The position numbers and the translations under genes were made by a program. The notes beneath the pieces were generated by a model. That model searched no databases. It saw only the letters and a program-made list of their open reading frames with translations, and was not told where the DNA came from. This document shows, one piece after another, positions 37,932 through 51,621 of a stretch of DNA of 64,000 bases; within the stretch, counting starts at the first letter, position 1, and each line of letters starts with the position of its first letter. Source of the DNA: Azolla caroliniana. Lineage: Eukaryota > Plantae > Polypodiophyta. The DNA is taken from contig JBHGNT010000013.1 of NCBI GenBank assembly GCA_043228905.1, positions 2,790,001 to 2,854,000 on the forward strand. The letters run 5' to 3'.

Positions 37932-40900
37932 GTACACTGTTGCGCTCTAATCTTGCGCCAACAAGAATGACAACAACTTGCTCTAAGTTTGCCCTAAGTC
38001 ATATTTATACTAATATGAATTTTTGACTATTTACAAATATAGCCCCGATGGAATCTCAGAAAACATATTTACGAATATGTCCCTTCATCCAGTGAGCACT
38101 TCACACTGGGCCTTCACAATCCAGCTCTTGCCGGGTACTCGTCATCCGGTTCTCACTGGGTCTTCCGTTGCTGGGTACTTGTCATCTGGTTCTCATCGGG
38201 TCTTCCGTTTCCGGGTACTTGTCATCCGGTTCACACCGGGTCTTCCGTAGCCGGATACTTGTCATCCGGTTCTCACCGGGTCTTCTGTAGTCGGGTACTC
38301 CACATCCGGTTTCGGCCTCGGTCTAATTTGCTCATCAGTATTGTTCTTTTCACTTCCCATCCGGGGGGACCTGTTTCCTAACAAACTCCCCTTTCTCTCC
38401 GGCATGGGATGTCTAACTAGTCCGATCCGCTTTTGGCATGCATCCAGCTTGTTGGGTATCAGTACAATGGTCAGCATATCTGACCTGTTCTCGGCCGTGT
38501 GAATCTTCGTCACCGCGAACTCCTGGTCATCTACTCTTTCCCGGATCCAGTGATACCTCTGCTGGATATACTTCGTCCGGGAATGGTATGCCACATTCTT
38601 AGCAAGGTGGATGGCACTTTGACTGTTGCAATAGAGTTGGTATTCATCTTGCCGGATAGCGAGCTCTCCGATGAAGTCCTTCATCCATAATATTTCCTTG
38701 CTGGCTTCCACAACCGCCATGTACTCCGCCTCCGTGGTTGACAGCGCAACCGTCTTCTATAGCCTCGACTGCCACGAAACAGCTCCCCCTGCATATGTCA
38801 TTACATACTCGGATGTAGATCGGCTGGTATCTACATCAGCCGACATGTCCGAATTGGTGAAACCGTCAAGTTGAGGTTTTCTAGAGTTGAATCGGAGACA
38901 CATATTTGAAGTGCCCTTCAAGTACAGGAGTATCCATTTGACCGCGTTCCAGTGCTCTTTGTTGAGATTGCTCATAAATAGGCTCACCACTCCGACTGCG
39001 TATCCTATATCCGATCGGGTATACACCATTGCGTACATTAAGCTCCCGATGGCAGAAGCATATGGAACCTTCATCATATCAGCCTTCTTTGCTTTCGTCT
39101 TCGGGCTTTGCTTACCGGATAATCTGCAGTTTGCCGGGAGTGTCGATCCGACCGGTTTCGCTTCTAACATGTTGAACCGCTAAAGCACCTTTGTCACGTA
39201 TTTCTCCTGTGACAACCACAATTGCTTCGTTGGCCGGTTCCGGATGATATACATCCCCAGCATCTGTCTTGTCGGGCCCAAGTCTTTCATTGAGAAAGTT
39301 CGGTTGAGAGCCTTCTTAAGCATCCGTATTTTGGCTTGGTCCCGTCCAACGATCAACATGTGATCCACGTACAGAAGGAGTATCAGGAAGTCGCCTCCTT
39401 CGAGCTTCTTCACAAACATGCAGTGATCGGCCTGCATCTTGTGGTACCCTTGATCGGTCATGAATGAGTCGAACTTCCGGTACCATTGTCGGGGAGCCTG
39501 CTTTAGTCCGTACAGGCTCTTCTTCAACCGGAAAACCAGGTGGTCCTTCCCTTTCTCCACGAATCCTTTCGGTTGCTGCATGTAGATCTCCTCTTTGAGG
39601 TTATCGTGAAGGAATGCCATCTTCACGTCCAGCTGCTCTACCTCGAGGTCCATGCTTGCCGCTATACTCAGCACCGTCCAGATGGAGGTCATCTTTACTA
39701 CCGGGGAAAATATCTCGTCGAAGTCTACGCCCTTCTTCTGCTGAAACCCCTTCACCACGATCCTGGCTTTGTATCTCGAGGGGTTGCCGACATCTCCCGG
39801 TTTCAACTTGTACACCCACTTGTTTCGGAGTACCCGCTTTCCTTTCGGCAACTCCACCAATTCGTACGTATGGTTCTCATGCAGGGAATCCATCTCATCC
39901 TGCATGGAACTTAACCATTTGCGGCTCTGGGTGTCACTTTTAGCTTCCTCGAAGCTTTTACGGCTCCCCCTCATCGGTCAGCAGCACATGCTCTGCATTC
40001 GGAAATCTCCGGGGGGCCCTTCTCTCTCTGAGAGGATATCTACGTCTTTGGGCTTCGGTAACCGGCTCCTCCATTTGCTCTTCATCCGAATCCGATTTGG
40101 GGTCTTGGCCAATTCCGGTTTCAGCTTCCTCTACATCCTCTTCTGCTGGTTCGGTATCCTCACCTTTAACGGCTGGTTCCTCGAGTGCTAACCGGTCTCT
40201 TGCCAGTTGGGTCTGCTCATCGTAGAATCGATCCTTACCGGTTGACTCGGAGTTCATTATCTTCTTCTCCGACTCCCAATCAACGAGCGTCTTGTCCTCC
40301 ATGAAGATAATATCTCAACTTCGGAATACCTCCTTGTTGGCCAGGTCCCACACTCGGTAGCCGAACTCATCGACGCATTAACCGAGTAGTATGCATGGCC
40401 GGGTCTTTGGATCCAACTTTCCTCTCGGGTCCTTAGCAACATGCACATACGCAAGACACCCGAATACTTTCATATGCCGGTAGGACACTTCCTTACCGGT
40501 CCAGACTCTTTGTGGTGTGTCTCCGTCCAAGGGTACTGAGGGTGATCTGTTTATCACATATGTCATCGTCGACAGTGCCTCAAGCCAAAACTTCTTGGGT
40601 ATTTTTGCATGCGCCAGCATACTCCGGACCCTCTCCATTATGGTGTGGTTCATCCTCTCGGCCAGCTCGTTTAGTTCCGGCGTCTTCGGCACGGTAAATT
40701 CGAGCCAGATTCCCTTCGAGCAACAGAACTCCTCGAACTGCCCCCGGTATTCACCTCCGTTATCTGCTCGAACCTCCTTCAGCTTCCGGCCGGTTTCTCT
40801 TTCCACTCTCGCGTGGAGCTCTTTGAAGACGGATAGCACCTGATCCTTCGTCTTCAACGGTGTGGCCCACAGCTTCCGGCTGTGGTCATCTATGAACGTC

Positions 40901-42635
40901 ACGAAGTACTGTGCTCCTGCATGTGACTTCGTGTTCACTTGACACACATCAGTATGCACCAACTCCAGTGGTGCATTACGTCTCATCGGTGGCCATGGTC
41001 GGAAGGAGGTCCGATTTTTTTTACCGGTCAGACAATCAGTGCACTTCTCTAAGTGCATGTTCTTCACTGGAATGAGGTTATCATTTGCAAGCCTCTTCAT
41101 CCCCTTCTCGCTCATGTGACACAACCTTTTGTGCCACAGCTCACCGGCAGTGTCGGATGCCACGTTCACTTCCTCCGGACATAACCGGGCATTCATCAGG
41201 TACAACGTGTTTACCTTCCGGGCCCGCGCCACAATCAGGCTCCCTTTGCTGAACTTCATAACACCGTTCCGGATGCTACCCGTGTAGTCTTCGTCATCTA
41301 GCCGATCGGCTGATATCAGGTTCAGATGAACCTCCGGAACGTGTCGAACACCCTTCAACAGCAACTTGCATCCGGTTGGTGTTGGCTAGTACCTCATCAG
41401 AAAGAGTTATTTCCAATGATGTTGCCTGGTGGATCAGACCCTGGAAGGCATTCATGTGCTCCGGCATGCTGGAGCCATCTTGGTACCGGAGTCTTACTAG
41501 CTTCCGAAATACTGAAACCTGATTGACAACATTTTTGTTCTGAAACATAATGCTGATCTTCTCCCAGAGCTCATGAGCCTTGCTCTCTTCATTGAAGTTT
41601 TTGTATAGACTCATGTCGATGAAGCACCGTATGTAAGCCGTTGTCTTCATGTGCATCACCTCCCATATCGCGGCGTCGATTTTGTCTGGTCTCTTGTCCC
41701 CGAATTGAACCGGCAGCCAAAGATCTTTAACCACGAGCATGTCCCTCATCTTCGACTTCCACACCGAATAGTTGGAGCCGGTGAGCTTGAACATGCCTCC
41801 CAACGAATCGTCCATTTTTCTGTGTCGCCTCGCTCTGATACCACTTTATCAAGAACTAGACGCTCCTGATGAACAATGCTCGGCCACAACTAAGCTTAGA
41901 ATCAAACACAGAAAACGAGAATGAATGCACGAGACAATGGAGAGAAGAGTACACAGGATGTTTACGTGGAAAACCCAAACACGGGAAAAACCACGGCAGT
42001 CCATTGACTGCTAACTATCACTATGTAACAATATACAATAGATGAACACAGAGGCAACGACCTCTTGTTCACTGTCTTCGCCATAGGCGGTGGTTACAAC
42101 AGAGATACAAATTGTTCGTCTCTCTCTCTCTCTCTCTCTGTGTGTACACTGTTGCGCTCTAATCTTGCACCAACAAGAATGACAACAACTTGCTCTAAGT
42201 TTGCCCTAAGTCATATTTGTACTAATATGAATTTTCGGCTATTTACAAATATAGCCCCGATGGAATCTCAGAAAACATATTTACGAATATGTCCCTTCAT
42301 CCGGTGAGCACTTCACACCGGGCCTTCACCATCCAGCTCTTGCCGGGTACTCGTCATCCGGTGAGCACCGGGTCTTCCGTAACCGGGTATTCGTCATCCG
42401 GTTCTCACCGGGTCTTCCGTTGCCGAGTAATTGTCATCTGGTTCTTACCGGGTCTTCCGTTTCCGGGTACTTGTCATCCGGTTCTGACTGGGTCTTCCGT
42501 AGCTGGGTACTTGTCATCCGGTTCTCACCGGGTCTTCCGTAGCCGGGTACTCCACATCCGGTTTCGGCCTCGGCCTAATTTGCTCATCAGTACTGTTCTT
42601 TTCACTTCCCATCCGGAGGGACCTGTTTCCTAACA
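37629..42635 (-). mobile_element. Ty1/copia group A, copy A2: degenerate, with a deletion of the gag C-terminus and protease
   Basis: LTRs 37629-38383 and 41847-42635, PBS 41832-41843, perfect TSD CATCC; deletion junction near 41385. Confidence 0.95.
42343..42560. repeat. 40-bp tandem repeat in the A2 LTR U3 (5 full copies; 4 in the 3' LTR at 38131-38310)
   Basis: CCGGGTACTTGTCATCCGGTTCTCACCGGGTCTTCCGTAG units. Confidence 0.9.
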
Positions 42636-45088
42636 CATCCCCTGGTCGACGATCTGTCCGATTGACACCAGGTTCTTCATGATTGTCGGAACGTGTAATA
42701 CGTTCATCAGCGTCCCCTTCTGTCCGACGTGGCTCAAAGAGACTTCTCTAACGTGCACGATTGGGTGAGGAGTGTCGTCTCCGGTTTTGACTACTCCTGG
42801 TTGATCCGGTTTCTCCAAAAAGGAGAACCACTCTTTGTGGCTCGTCATGTGGTTCGACGCACCAGAATCAACATACCACACTTCCTCCAATTTGGAAGTA
42901 GTCTTCTTCATCAAGTTTGCCTCGTGCTTCATCACCAAGGCTGGCCCGTTATAGTTCTTCGATCCTCCCGATCCCTTCGTGTAGTGCGAGCTTTGCCGAC
43001 CATCCTTTTCGGCCTTGCCGGATCCGGATTTGATTGAATCGGCCCGCTTTCTCCAGCACTCGCTTTCTCTGTGGCCCTTCTTGCCACAGTACCAACATTC
43101 CGTTGCAGATTTGTCTTGCCGGCCTCCGGCACCGCCTTGACTCCCCCTGCCTGTGGAAGTCCCGGAACTGATGTCGGCACGTTCTCTATGCCTTCATTCT
43201 TGCTCTTGCCGGCCGCTTCCATTGCATGCCGACCCACCTCGTTCACCATGCCCACGGGACCGATCCACCTCCGTGTACAACATCCGGCTGTCAGTGGGTG
43301 CGCTAGTTGACGCACCGTCGTGGTTCTCCTCTACAAGGAGCCTCGACTGTAAGTCGAAAAATGACGGCGTATTCTCCCTTGTACACACCACCGTTCAAAA
43401 CACTTTGAACTTCGACGCCAGGCCCCCAAGACAGACCCGAACCATCTCGTCTTCCTCTACGGTAATGTTGATAGAGGCAAGCGAGTCACAGATCTCTTTG
43501 ATCTGGGCCGTGTAATCCGCCACCGACATGTCCTTCTGTCAGACATTGCTCAACTCCTGTCGGAGTTGCAGCTTCTGGGCCGTAGTGCTCGCGGTGAAAA
43601 CCTTCTTCAGGTTCCCCCAAGCCTCCTTCGGCGTCTTGGCGTCTGGGATGTGGCTTAGCAGCTGGTCTCCGACACTGGACGTGAAGCAGTACATCACTCT
43701 GCTTGCCGATTGTTCCCACACTGGGAACTCCTTATATGCCGCATCAGGTGTTGTTTCGTTGGCTCCTTCGACGAAACTCCAGTAGCGATGCCCAAGCAGA
43801 TACTGGTGCATCTTGTACGACGAAGATGCGTAGTTGGATCTGTCGAGTTTCTCCAAGAGGGGCGAGCTAGCCATTCCTCTATCCATCACTTCTCTGTCTG
43901 TTGTTCTTACGACCTGTTAGGGTTTGCTTTCAAGCGTTTGTCGGCCGCAGAGGTTCTCAACCATCATGTTCTGATACCATGTGAACGATTACTTGTGGAA
44001 GTGTTAGAAAACAAAGAAAGTAGGGAATACACAGAACAGAGTACACGGGAGAGACAGAGAGAGCAGAACATAAAAGGTATATTCAAAATGATATATTCAC
44101 TCTATCATTACAACTGTGCTCAGTAGCACTATTTATACAAGTCCTCGTGGGACTGACAAAAGCACCGCGTACTTCAATGCTCACACGAGCATCTGACACT
44201 TACTACGAGACTATAATTGCCTAGTAGTCTAAACTAATACTAGGCTTCCGGTTACCGATTGGATCCGGCTAACCGGCTCCCCAGCTCACCGGCTCTGTTG
44301 CTTGCCGGCTCGGTTGCTCACCGGCTCAGGCTTATCTAGCCGATCTGACTCCAGTTGAGCTTGCCGCTCAACAGGTTGACAACAAACATTTGAAGTTTTC
44401 AAGATGTTGGTAGATTCAAGCATTCTTGAGATTGTCTGCCATGATATTCAGATGGGTGTTTTTGCTCAAGAATTTTTTTGGATCATATTAATCCCAACCA
44501 TGCTTCTTGTGTTAAAACACATCACCAACATGTGTATTGTAAGTAATTAAAGGAATTAAAGTGGAAAATGGACTTCTTTTGTTCAAAGGTCTTCAATATC
44601 TCCCAAAAGAGCCTTCCCATCTATGGTTGGACTTCTAGGAGGCATTGTCATGATCATGAGAGAGAGAGAGAGAGAAAGATATATTAACGTCTTCTAAGAC
44701 CAAAATTGGTCCATGAGACAAATGGTTTACAACAAAAAAGGGATATTTACCCATTCATTGAAAGTAAAAAATAAAAATAAAAATAGAGTTTTAAGCTAAA
44801 TAGTTCTAGTAAAATAACAAACATGTTCTACAATGAAAATGATGTTATACTAGGCCTAATTTCATTTCTATCCACGTCTCTCGAAGAGAAGCGGGAGGTC
44901 AAAGGGTTTTGATGTGGATGTGGCCCGTGGCCCCAATGTAAAAGGTACCCCAACCATAGCTTCTAGTCGACGTAGCTCACGTTCCCTTATCTTCTTAATC
45001 CTTTCTACTCCTTGTCGACTTGTTTTGAATCCCAACATCCGAGGGCATTTGGTTGTTCTTTGCATTTCGGCTTCCTCAAGAGAGAGGG

Positions 45089-45939
45089 TCAGAGTGGTGT
45101 AAGTGTATCCACATTCATCGTCTCCCCTTGTTCCTGAAAAATTACACTAGTTACAAGTTGATGAATAGTAAAAGGGTTATGGTTAACACTTGATAATTTA
45201 CTATCCCTATGTTGTTTTAGCTCTAGGATATACCTGCCTAGTCTCTTTACATCCGGGGTATCTAATAGTTTGGAGAGGGTGGGAGTGGGTCCTAATATGT
45301 CTTGGTATTCCACTCTTATCTCGACATAAGTTGGATACTTGCTTGTGAAGTGATACTCATCCTCTATCTCTATGTGGCACAACTACATAGCCTTTCCTCT
45401 CTAGGGACTCTATTAGCCTGACCATTCTCAATCTCAAGTTGGTGGGATGAGATCCTAAGTTGTCCAATGGCCACCCTTAGTGAATTTGATAAGAATGTAT
45501 CTAGATATCTTGGTTGTGTAATAAAAACTAACTGAGACAAGTGCAAGAAGTGTTCCTTATAGAACAACATTTTAGATGGCAGTGGCTCTCGTGGGGTGGT
45601 CCATTTATATCGAGTGTAAATTTTCCATATCACTTTATTACTGTCTTCATGAGATATTAGAGCTTGATTAATCCCATTGTTGTACTTAAGTGAGGGTAGG
45701 TTATTGATGGGTGGTTGGCACAACAACAACAGAGTGGGATCGACTTCTATGCCATTTGCAAGTAACCAACTCACCACAGTGCTATACCAAGAGCTAGTGT
45801 CTCCAGATGCATGTAGGGATCGGGATACCTCAAAGGCTCGACGAGATATCCTATCTTGTGGTTGGCTATGTATCCGATGAATAAAAACTACCACTTGAAA
45901 TAGTGCTTCTACTAACTTAGGAGCAGACTGAACTCTGCT
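45089..45939 (-). pseudogene. LINE ORF2 C-terminal region (post-RT, cysteine-rich)
   Basis: ORFs 45370-45894 and 45089-45382. Confidence 0.75.
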
Positions 45940-47064
45940 CTAATAATGTCTATACAACTCTCTACAATCCTCATCATACCACTTGTTTTGTGGCATAGAC
46001 CCTATTCTACTATGACTAGAGTGTTTCGTGTATGGGAAGGTACTAATTGCTGCCGAATGAAGGGTGTGTGCGAGTTCTGTAATGAGGTTCTCTAAAGGCA
46101 AGGAAGAATCAAAAGAGGAGAGATGGGTTTGAACATGTTGCGAGTAGATGTCAGCGAGCTCATGTGTGAAATGTATTATGGTGTGATGGTTTGGTTGACT
46201 AGAGTTAGTGGCATGGGAGGTGTCGTATTTTAGCTCAAAGTATAGGAAGCTATGGTCTGCACCAATGGGGCATGGGGCCACCCTGAAGGAGTTAACCATG
46301 TGGATTGCTTCAGGGCGTCCTATTAGGTAATCAACTGTGCTTTCCCCTCCTCTATGTGGGAAACATGTGAGCGCTTCCGAGCCCGGCCACTTGGCTAAGC
46401 CATTATATATGATCATCTGGCGTCGGCTTCCAACTTCAAGCAGATGATGGCCAAAGCTTGTGGCATCCGCACCTTGATCCTTTGATGTACGTGTTATTTC
46501 TAAGTCTAAAGGGTTGATATTCACCATTTCTAGGTTTCTATCCATTCGAAATATCGTGCATTGTCGGGATTGGGTTCTCACATTGAAATCTCCTACAAGG
46601 AAAACTTCCCCTTGAGAAGAATTTCGGATTATGTCATCCGATAAAGGTTGGTTTTGGGTTATACTCGCCTCTCCAGCCATATTATACTGGGTTCCTTTCG
46701 GGGGCAAGTAACACACGAAGATAAATATCGCCTGATCCTTGCTAGTGAGGACTTTCATCCACATAAAACGGGCTTCTAAGTCTTTCTTTAGTATTTCTAT
46801 CCTATTATGTATCTCTCTCTGAAATATTATCGCAACCCCTCCATACCCTCTATTAGTATGTTGACGTGAGGTTTGTCTATAGACAGATTCCCAACGAAAA
46901 TCGTCAACTTGTGGCAGTCCTCGATTTGGGCTCTGATCTGTTTCTACTAAAAAAACTATGTCACATACCTTCAAAATCTCCTCTAGACGGCCAGGGTGTG
47001 TCCAAAGTGCACCGTTACATTTCCATAAAGTCATCCAAAGTTTATTGTCTATCGCATGGGCCAT
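45940..47064 (-). CDS. LINE ORF2 N-terminal apurinic-like endonuclease (truncated before RT)
   Basis: DIVFLVET, GGVAI, YLPP, VGDFN, TVDY, ADH and KWYDEDC motifs. Confidence 0.85.
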   Translation of the reverse strand: MAHAIDNKLWMTLWKCNGALWTHPGRLEEILKVCDIVFLVETDQSPNRGLPQVDDFRWESVYRQTSRQHTNRGYGGVAIIFQREIHNRIEILKKDLEARFMWMKVLTSKDQAIFIFVCYLPPKGTQYNMAGEASITQNQPLSDDIIRNSSQGEVFLVGDFNVRTQSRQCTIFRMDRNLEMVNINPLDLEITRTSKDQGADATSFGHHLLEVGSRRQMIIYNGLAKWPGSEALTCFPHRGGESTVDYLIGRPEAIHMVNSFRVAPCPIGADHSFLYFELKYDTSHATNSSQPNHHTIIHFTHELADIYSQHVQTHLSSFDSSLPLENLITELAHTLHSAAISTFPYTKHSSHSRIGSMPQNKWYDEDCRELYRHY

Positions 47065-47070
47065 ACATCG

Positions 47071-47861
47071 TCAATTGGCAATGCAATAATTTATTATCAC
47101 ACGTCCGTCTCGGTAAAAGGCACGATGCCCCTCTTTACGAGCTTGTATGACTCGCGACATACAAGTTTTATGATGCTCAATTTGCATCTTGGTCAGGTCT
47201 TCATCGAGGTAGATAGGGTCCCCACCCAATCCTCGAAGAATTGGTTTCTTTTTAAAAAATGTGATTCTAGATTCTAAGTCCTTAAACTGAAGGACCAAAG
47301 GTCTTTTCCTAGTGGTTTCAAGTCCTACCCTCCAAGTTTTAGTGATTGGTAGGGCTTCGTACCCCAACATTTTCCCTAATGTTTGTGCATCTTTGTCAGG
47401 AGATGCCCCTTCCTTGAGCCCAGTACCTCGTACATTTAGGCGTCGAGGTTGACACATTTTTTCCTCCTCAAGGGTAGTGTTTACAATATTTTCATCCTTT
47501 AGTTCCTTTTTAATATTATGTTTTACTACATCAACCCACCCAATTTTTGCTAATTCCATATCGCTTTTAACCTCTTCCTTAACCTTTTTGATCTTGTCCT
47601 TAATATCATCTAGGGAAGATATTTCACCATCTTCCCTAGATGTCTCAAGGTCCTTAACTTGTTTCTGAAGCTTCGTGTTGTCTACTTTAAGTTTAGTTAT
47701 TTCAACAATAAGCACTTATTTTTCTTCCTTATCTTTTTGTTTTTCAGCTTCAATCTCTTTCGCCCATTTTACTAGTTTAACTAAACGGTTAAGAACATCT
47801 AAAAATTCTTCCTTATAATTTCTTCGTGTGTTTGCTTATGGTTTCTTCGTCTAGAAGTCAT
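47071..47861 (-). pseudogene. LINE ORF1 (coiled coil plus RRM-like domain)
   Basis: RRLNVRGTGLKE...RVG...RPLVLQF...IYLDEDLT; open from 47715, with a disrupted 5' part and a candidate ATG at 47861. Confidence 0.75.
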
Positions 47862-48224
47862 GTTGTAAATCAAAAGATAAAAGAAAGAAAAGACAAAGAG
47901 GACAGAAAAACTTAGCCGAGCATCGATGCCTTGCACGCTAGGTTCGAGTGTAGAAGCACATGTATTCTCTCTCGTTTACTCAGCCGATGACGATGACAAC
48001 GGGAACGACTACACACGACAACGGTGGCAGCAACGACGACGGCCAAGAACTGACGACAATGGTGACAACGACGACGATGGCGGCGGCGACATCAGCAACT
48101 GAAGACGGCAGTAGACGGCGATGGCAATGGCAGAAAGAGCCATTATAGAGAGAGAGTGAAAGAAGAGAGAGGGAGGGAGGCAGACAGATGCAGACGAAGG
48201 CGGTGGCGACGATAGTAGATGGTA

Positions 48225-48228
<4 letters not shown>

Positions 48229-48293
<65 letters not shown>
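48229..48293. repeat. (GA)n microsatellite, about 32 units, after a GAC/GGC-rich low-complexity tract
   Basis: Directly visible. Confidence 0.97.
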
Positions 48294-48300
<7 letters not shown>

Positions 48301-48309
48301 GAGAATAAA

Positions 48310-48480
48310 AATATCCATCTTGGAATCAAGAATAGTGGCAACCTCATACTTTCACTCATCCTCAAGTTCAATAGGAGGTGGAGGTGGTCTAGTACGATTT
48401 GGAACAGAACTTATCTAGCATGGTTATAATATAGGATCTATGAAATACTAGATGAAGCCACAATTGTAGACGAAAATCAA
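48310..48480 (-). pseudogene. Small chromovirus integrase-end/chromodomain relic
   Basis: Minus-strand NRTRPPPPPIELEDE*KYEVATILDSK. Confidence 0.55.
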
Positions 48481-49029
48481 GGGAGAAGTTACATCATTGA
48501 TTTTTGCATTAATTCCTATGTACACTAATAGCTGGGGTTATCTCCCCTATGAACCTAGATTATAAATTTAATATAAAGTTACAATTGTATACATACAAGG
48601 TAGTTGGCATTCGACCTAGTCTGTAGAGGTAAAGTCGGGATCTAACCTAATTCGGCTAGTCATCAGGATCTTATGTTGTCCAGGTTTGCTTGTCTGAGTC
48701 GGTCAGATCGATAAGTTCGGATCGACTTTCGTCCGAATTGGCTCGTTCGTTCGGATTGGCTCATGTCCGATTCCAACTCTCAGTCCATCATCTGCTCCCG
48801 GTATGTGCTCACTCCTATGCTCCTCGTTGGATCCTCGATCTGTCTACGGGTTTGTTCGCCCCTCAATCGTCTCCTCTCCAATCGGTATCCTCATTCAATG
48901 TTGTATCTTCAGCCTCTCGGCATTCTGATTATTTGGACTTTGCTTTTCGGCTTGTTCGATCAGGCCGGTCTTCAACTTTCGTTCCGCTAATGTTTGTTCA
49001 ACTTCTTTCTACTCGATTGCTTGTTGTAA

Positions 49030-51530
49030 TCCCATCATGTTCCTTTGTATTATGAAGTGTTATTCTGGGAGTGGCTTCATCAGGAAATCGGCGATGTTCA
49101 CCTCAATGTCGATCTTCTGGACTTCGATCTTCTTCTCCGTTACGAGCTCCCAAATATGATGAAACCATACTTCAATATGTTTTGTCTTCGAGTGTTAAAC
49201 AAGATTCCGAATGAGGTGTATTGCGCTCTATGAGTCACAATAGATGATTGATGCTGGATGGTCAATTTTTTTTTTTGACAAGCAGTCAACCGAAAGTCAG
49301 TGCCGCCCGATTGCTTCCTTGGCTACTTCCGACGTGGCATGTACTCGACTTTTGTAGTTGACAGGGCCGTGCACTCTTAAAATTTCGCATTCTCCATGTT
49401 GAACCATCTTTGCACCTTTATGGTGTAGTCAGACTAGGAGAGGCGGAGAGTCTTTCTCATCCGATTTTGCTCGATTCACATGGCCAAGATATGTCGGGTT
49501 TGTCCTAGTTCCTTCATCACAAATTTGTCGTGAAAGCTCTGCTTTAATTCCTTGATCTCTGCTCGATTGCTTCCAACAATGAGCATATCATCGACATATA
49601 GAATCAAATAGATTTGGGACTCGTCAGCCAATTGTTGCATATATATACATGGGTCGGAGTCCAACTGACTATAACCGAGCTTCCGGATGTAGGTATCAAA
49701 CTTCTGATACCACATTCTTGGCGCCTACTTCATGCCATATAGGCTCTTCTTCAGCTTGCATACGAGGTGACCTAGATCCCCTATCACCATGAAGCTTGCC
49801 AATTGAGACATATGGATGTCTTCATCTAGATATCCATGAAGGAAGGGTGGTCATTTTGACTACCAACGAGAAGATTTTGTCGTAGTCGACCCCATGTTCC
49901 TGTTTGAAACCTTTGGCAACGAGCCGAGATTTGTACTTCGGTCATTCTTTACCGGTTACATATTTTTATTGGTAGACCCATTTGCACGGTAGCGGCTTCC
50001 GTCCAGCTAATAGTTCGACTAGCTCCCATGTCTTGTTCACATGTATCGAGTCCATCTCGGATCTGATGGTTTCTAGCCATGTCGGCGTCTGGTGCAACTA
50101 CATCTGTGTAGTTGACGTGGTCAAGGCCCGGTTAATAAAACTCTGTTGGCTGTTTGACTTGTTCGGATCTCTTGGGTGCCTAATTTGTCGGTTTGGATCC
50201 TTCGATCTGGGCTATGAGATTATTGATATTACTTACCGTTTTCAAGAGTCCTTTGGGATGACTCACCCATGTCATAGAATTTCAGCAATGTCAAATCATC
50301 CTCCCCTTCGTCGGGATTGATTGATAAAGGGGTTGGTGCCTTGGCTGGTTCGGTTGAGCTTTTCAGCACCTTAGCCTATTTGGATGATTTGGTCGATTCT
50401 ACTCTATCTATTCCAGCTTTGCCCTTTTCAGCTTTGCCTTGGTCAAATGACCCGGCCTTTTTCAATCACCACCCTTTGTCTTTATCGGCTCTTGCCGATT
50501 TTCCCTCTTTGGCCTTTTTAGTTATCTTTGCTGATTTGGTCCTCATCAATCCTTGAGTCGAATCGATTTCGATTTCAACTAGTGAACTTCTTCTGATTCA
50601 AATTCGGGAGGGGGTTCACAATCTCGGACGATTTCAACTGTTTGTTGAATCTCCGATTCAGTCCGGTCGGTCGGCCCTTCTACGACCAATCTATCAAGGT
50701 CGAATGAGACTTTTTGCAGATTTTCTTTGGCTGGGTCCGAATGGAGAGTATTGAGTCTTCAGAAGACGACGTCACTACTCTAGATCCCATAACTAATAGC
50801 CTAAGTCCCCATCTGTGCCGTAGCCAAGAAATATGCACTTAAGTGCATGAGGTGCCATTTTGGTTCCTTAAAGGTATAGGCTTCACATCTGAATGTATGG
50901 AGCCTGTCATAGGTCAAATATTTGCCTAAACATAGTGCTTGTGGCACTTCCAGCCGGATTGCTCTTGACGACGACGGATTTATCAATTTGACTGCCATTT
51001 GCAATGCCTCGGCCTAGAATTCCAGCTTGAGTTTGGATTGTTGGAGCATTGTCGTCACTCTCTCTTAGATCATTGGAGCATTGTCGTCACTCTCTCTTAG
51101 ATCGTTGGAGCGTTGTCGTCACTCTCTCTTAGATCTGTTCCTCCACGCCATTTTGCATGGGGGTATAGGGAATGGTCTTTTGGTGCCAGATCCCTTTGTT
51201 GGAAAAATACTCTTTGAAGTCTCAGGATGTGTATTCACCTCCGTTGTCGGCCAGAGTGTCTTCACTTGGTGTTCTGATCGGTTCTCCACTTCGGCTAACC
51301 ATCGAGAGAAGACCTCGAGCACTTCATCCTTGGACTTAATCGAGTAAGCCCACACTTTCCATGTACAGTCATCTACAAACGTGATGAAGTACTGGGATCC
51401 TCCTAATGACCGTTCTAGGGGATGTGGTACCCTCTTGTATTTGAGAGAGTACCGATTTCGGGTCTATTTTCCGTAACAACAATGCTCACAGAAGTCTATC
51501 TTCGTTTGGAGCTTTGGGATGTAGCTGATC
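49030..51530 (-). mobile_element. Highly degenerate Ty1/copia internal region (copy G: INT, RT, RNase H)
   Basis: WAYSIKSKDEVL, WYQKFD...LYVDDML, HIEVWFH-like remnants. Confidence 0.82.
51041..51135. repeat. 32-bp tandem triplication within the copia G integrase
   Basis: TTGGAGCATTGTCGTCACTCTCTCTTAGATC at 51041, 51073 and 51105. Confidence 0.92.
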
Positions 51531-51621
51531 ACCATTGGGCAACCTTACCAATTGAGCTACATCCATCTATGCATTATTGTATTGTATAAATTTCAACTTA
51601 TTACATTCTATGCTAATCACT

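Larger units (their letters stand above)
33627..44373 (-). mobile_element. Ty1/copia group B, copy B3: full-length, degenerate, split by A2
   Basis: LTRs 33627-34040 and 43980-44373, perfect TSD GGTTG, PBS ending 43979, PPT 34041-34052; gag 42636-43889, INT-RT-RH 34451-37628. Confidence 0.95.
44658..47950 (-). mobile_element. Non-LTR retrotransposon (LINE, RTEX/L2-like organisation) lacking the RT domain
   Basis: ORF1, APE endonuclease ORF, C-terminal LRISSHQLEIE...C..C..EDEYHF region, (TC)n tail; ends approximate. Confidence 0.82.

Noticed and set aside
47960-48418. Protein-coding ORFs (poly-RE / poly-SL)
   Set aside because: Translations of microsatellite and low-complexity DNA
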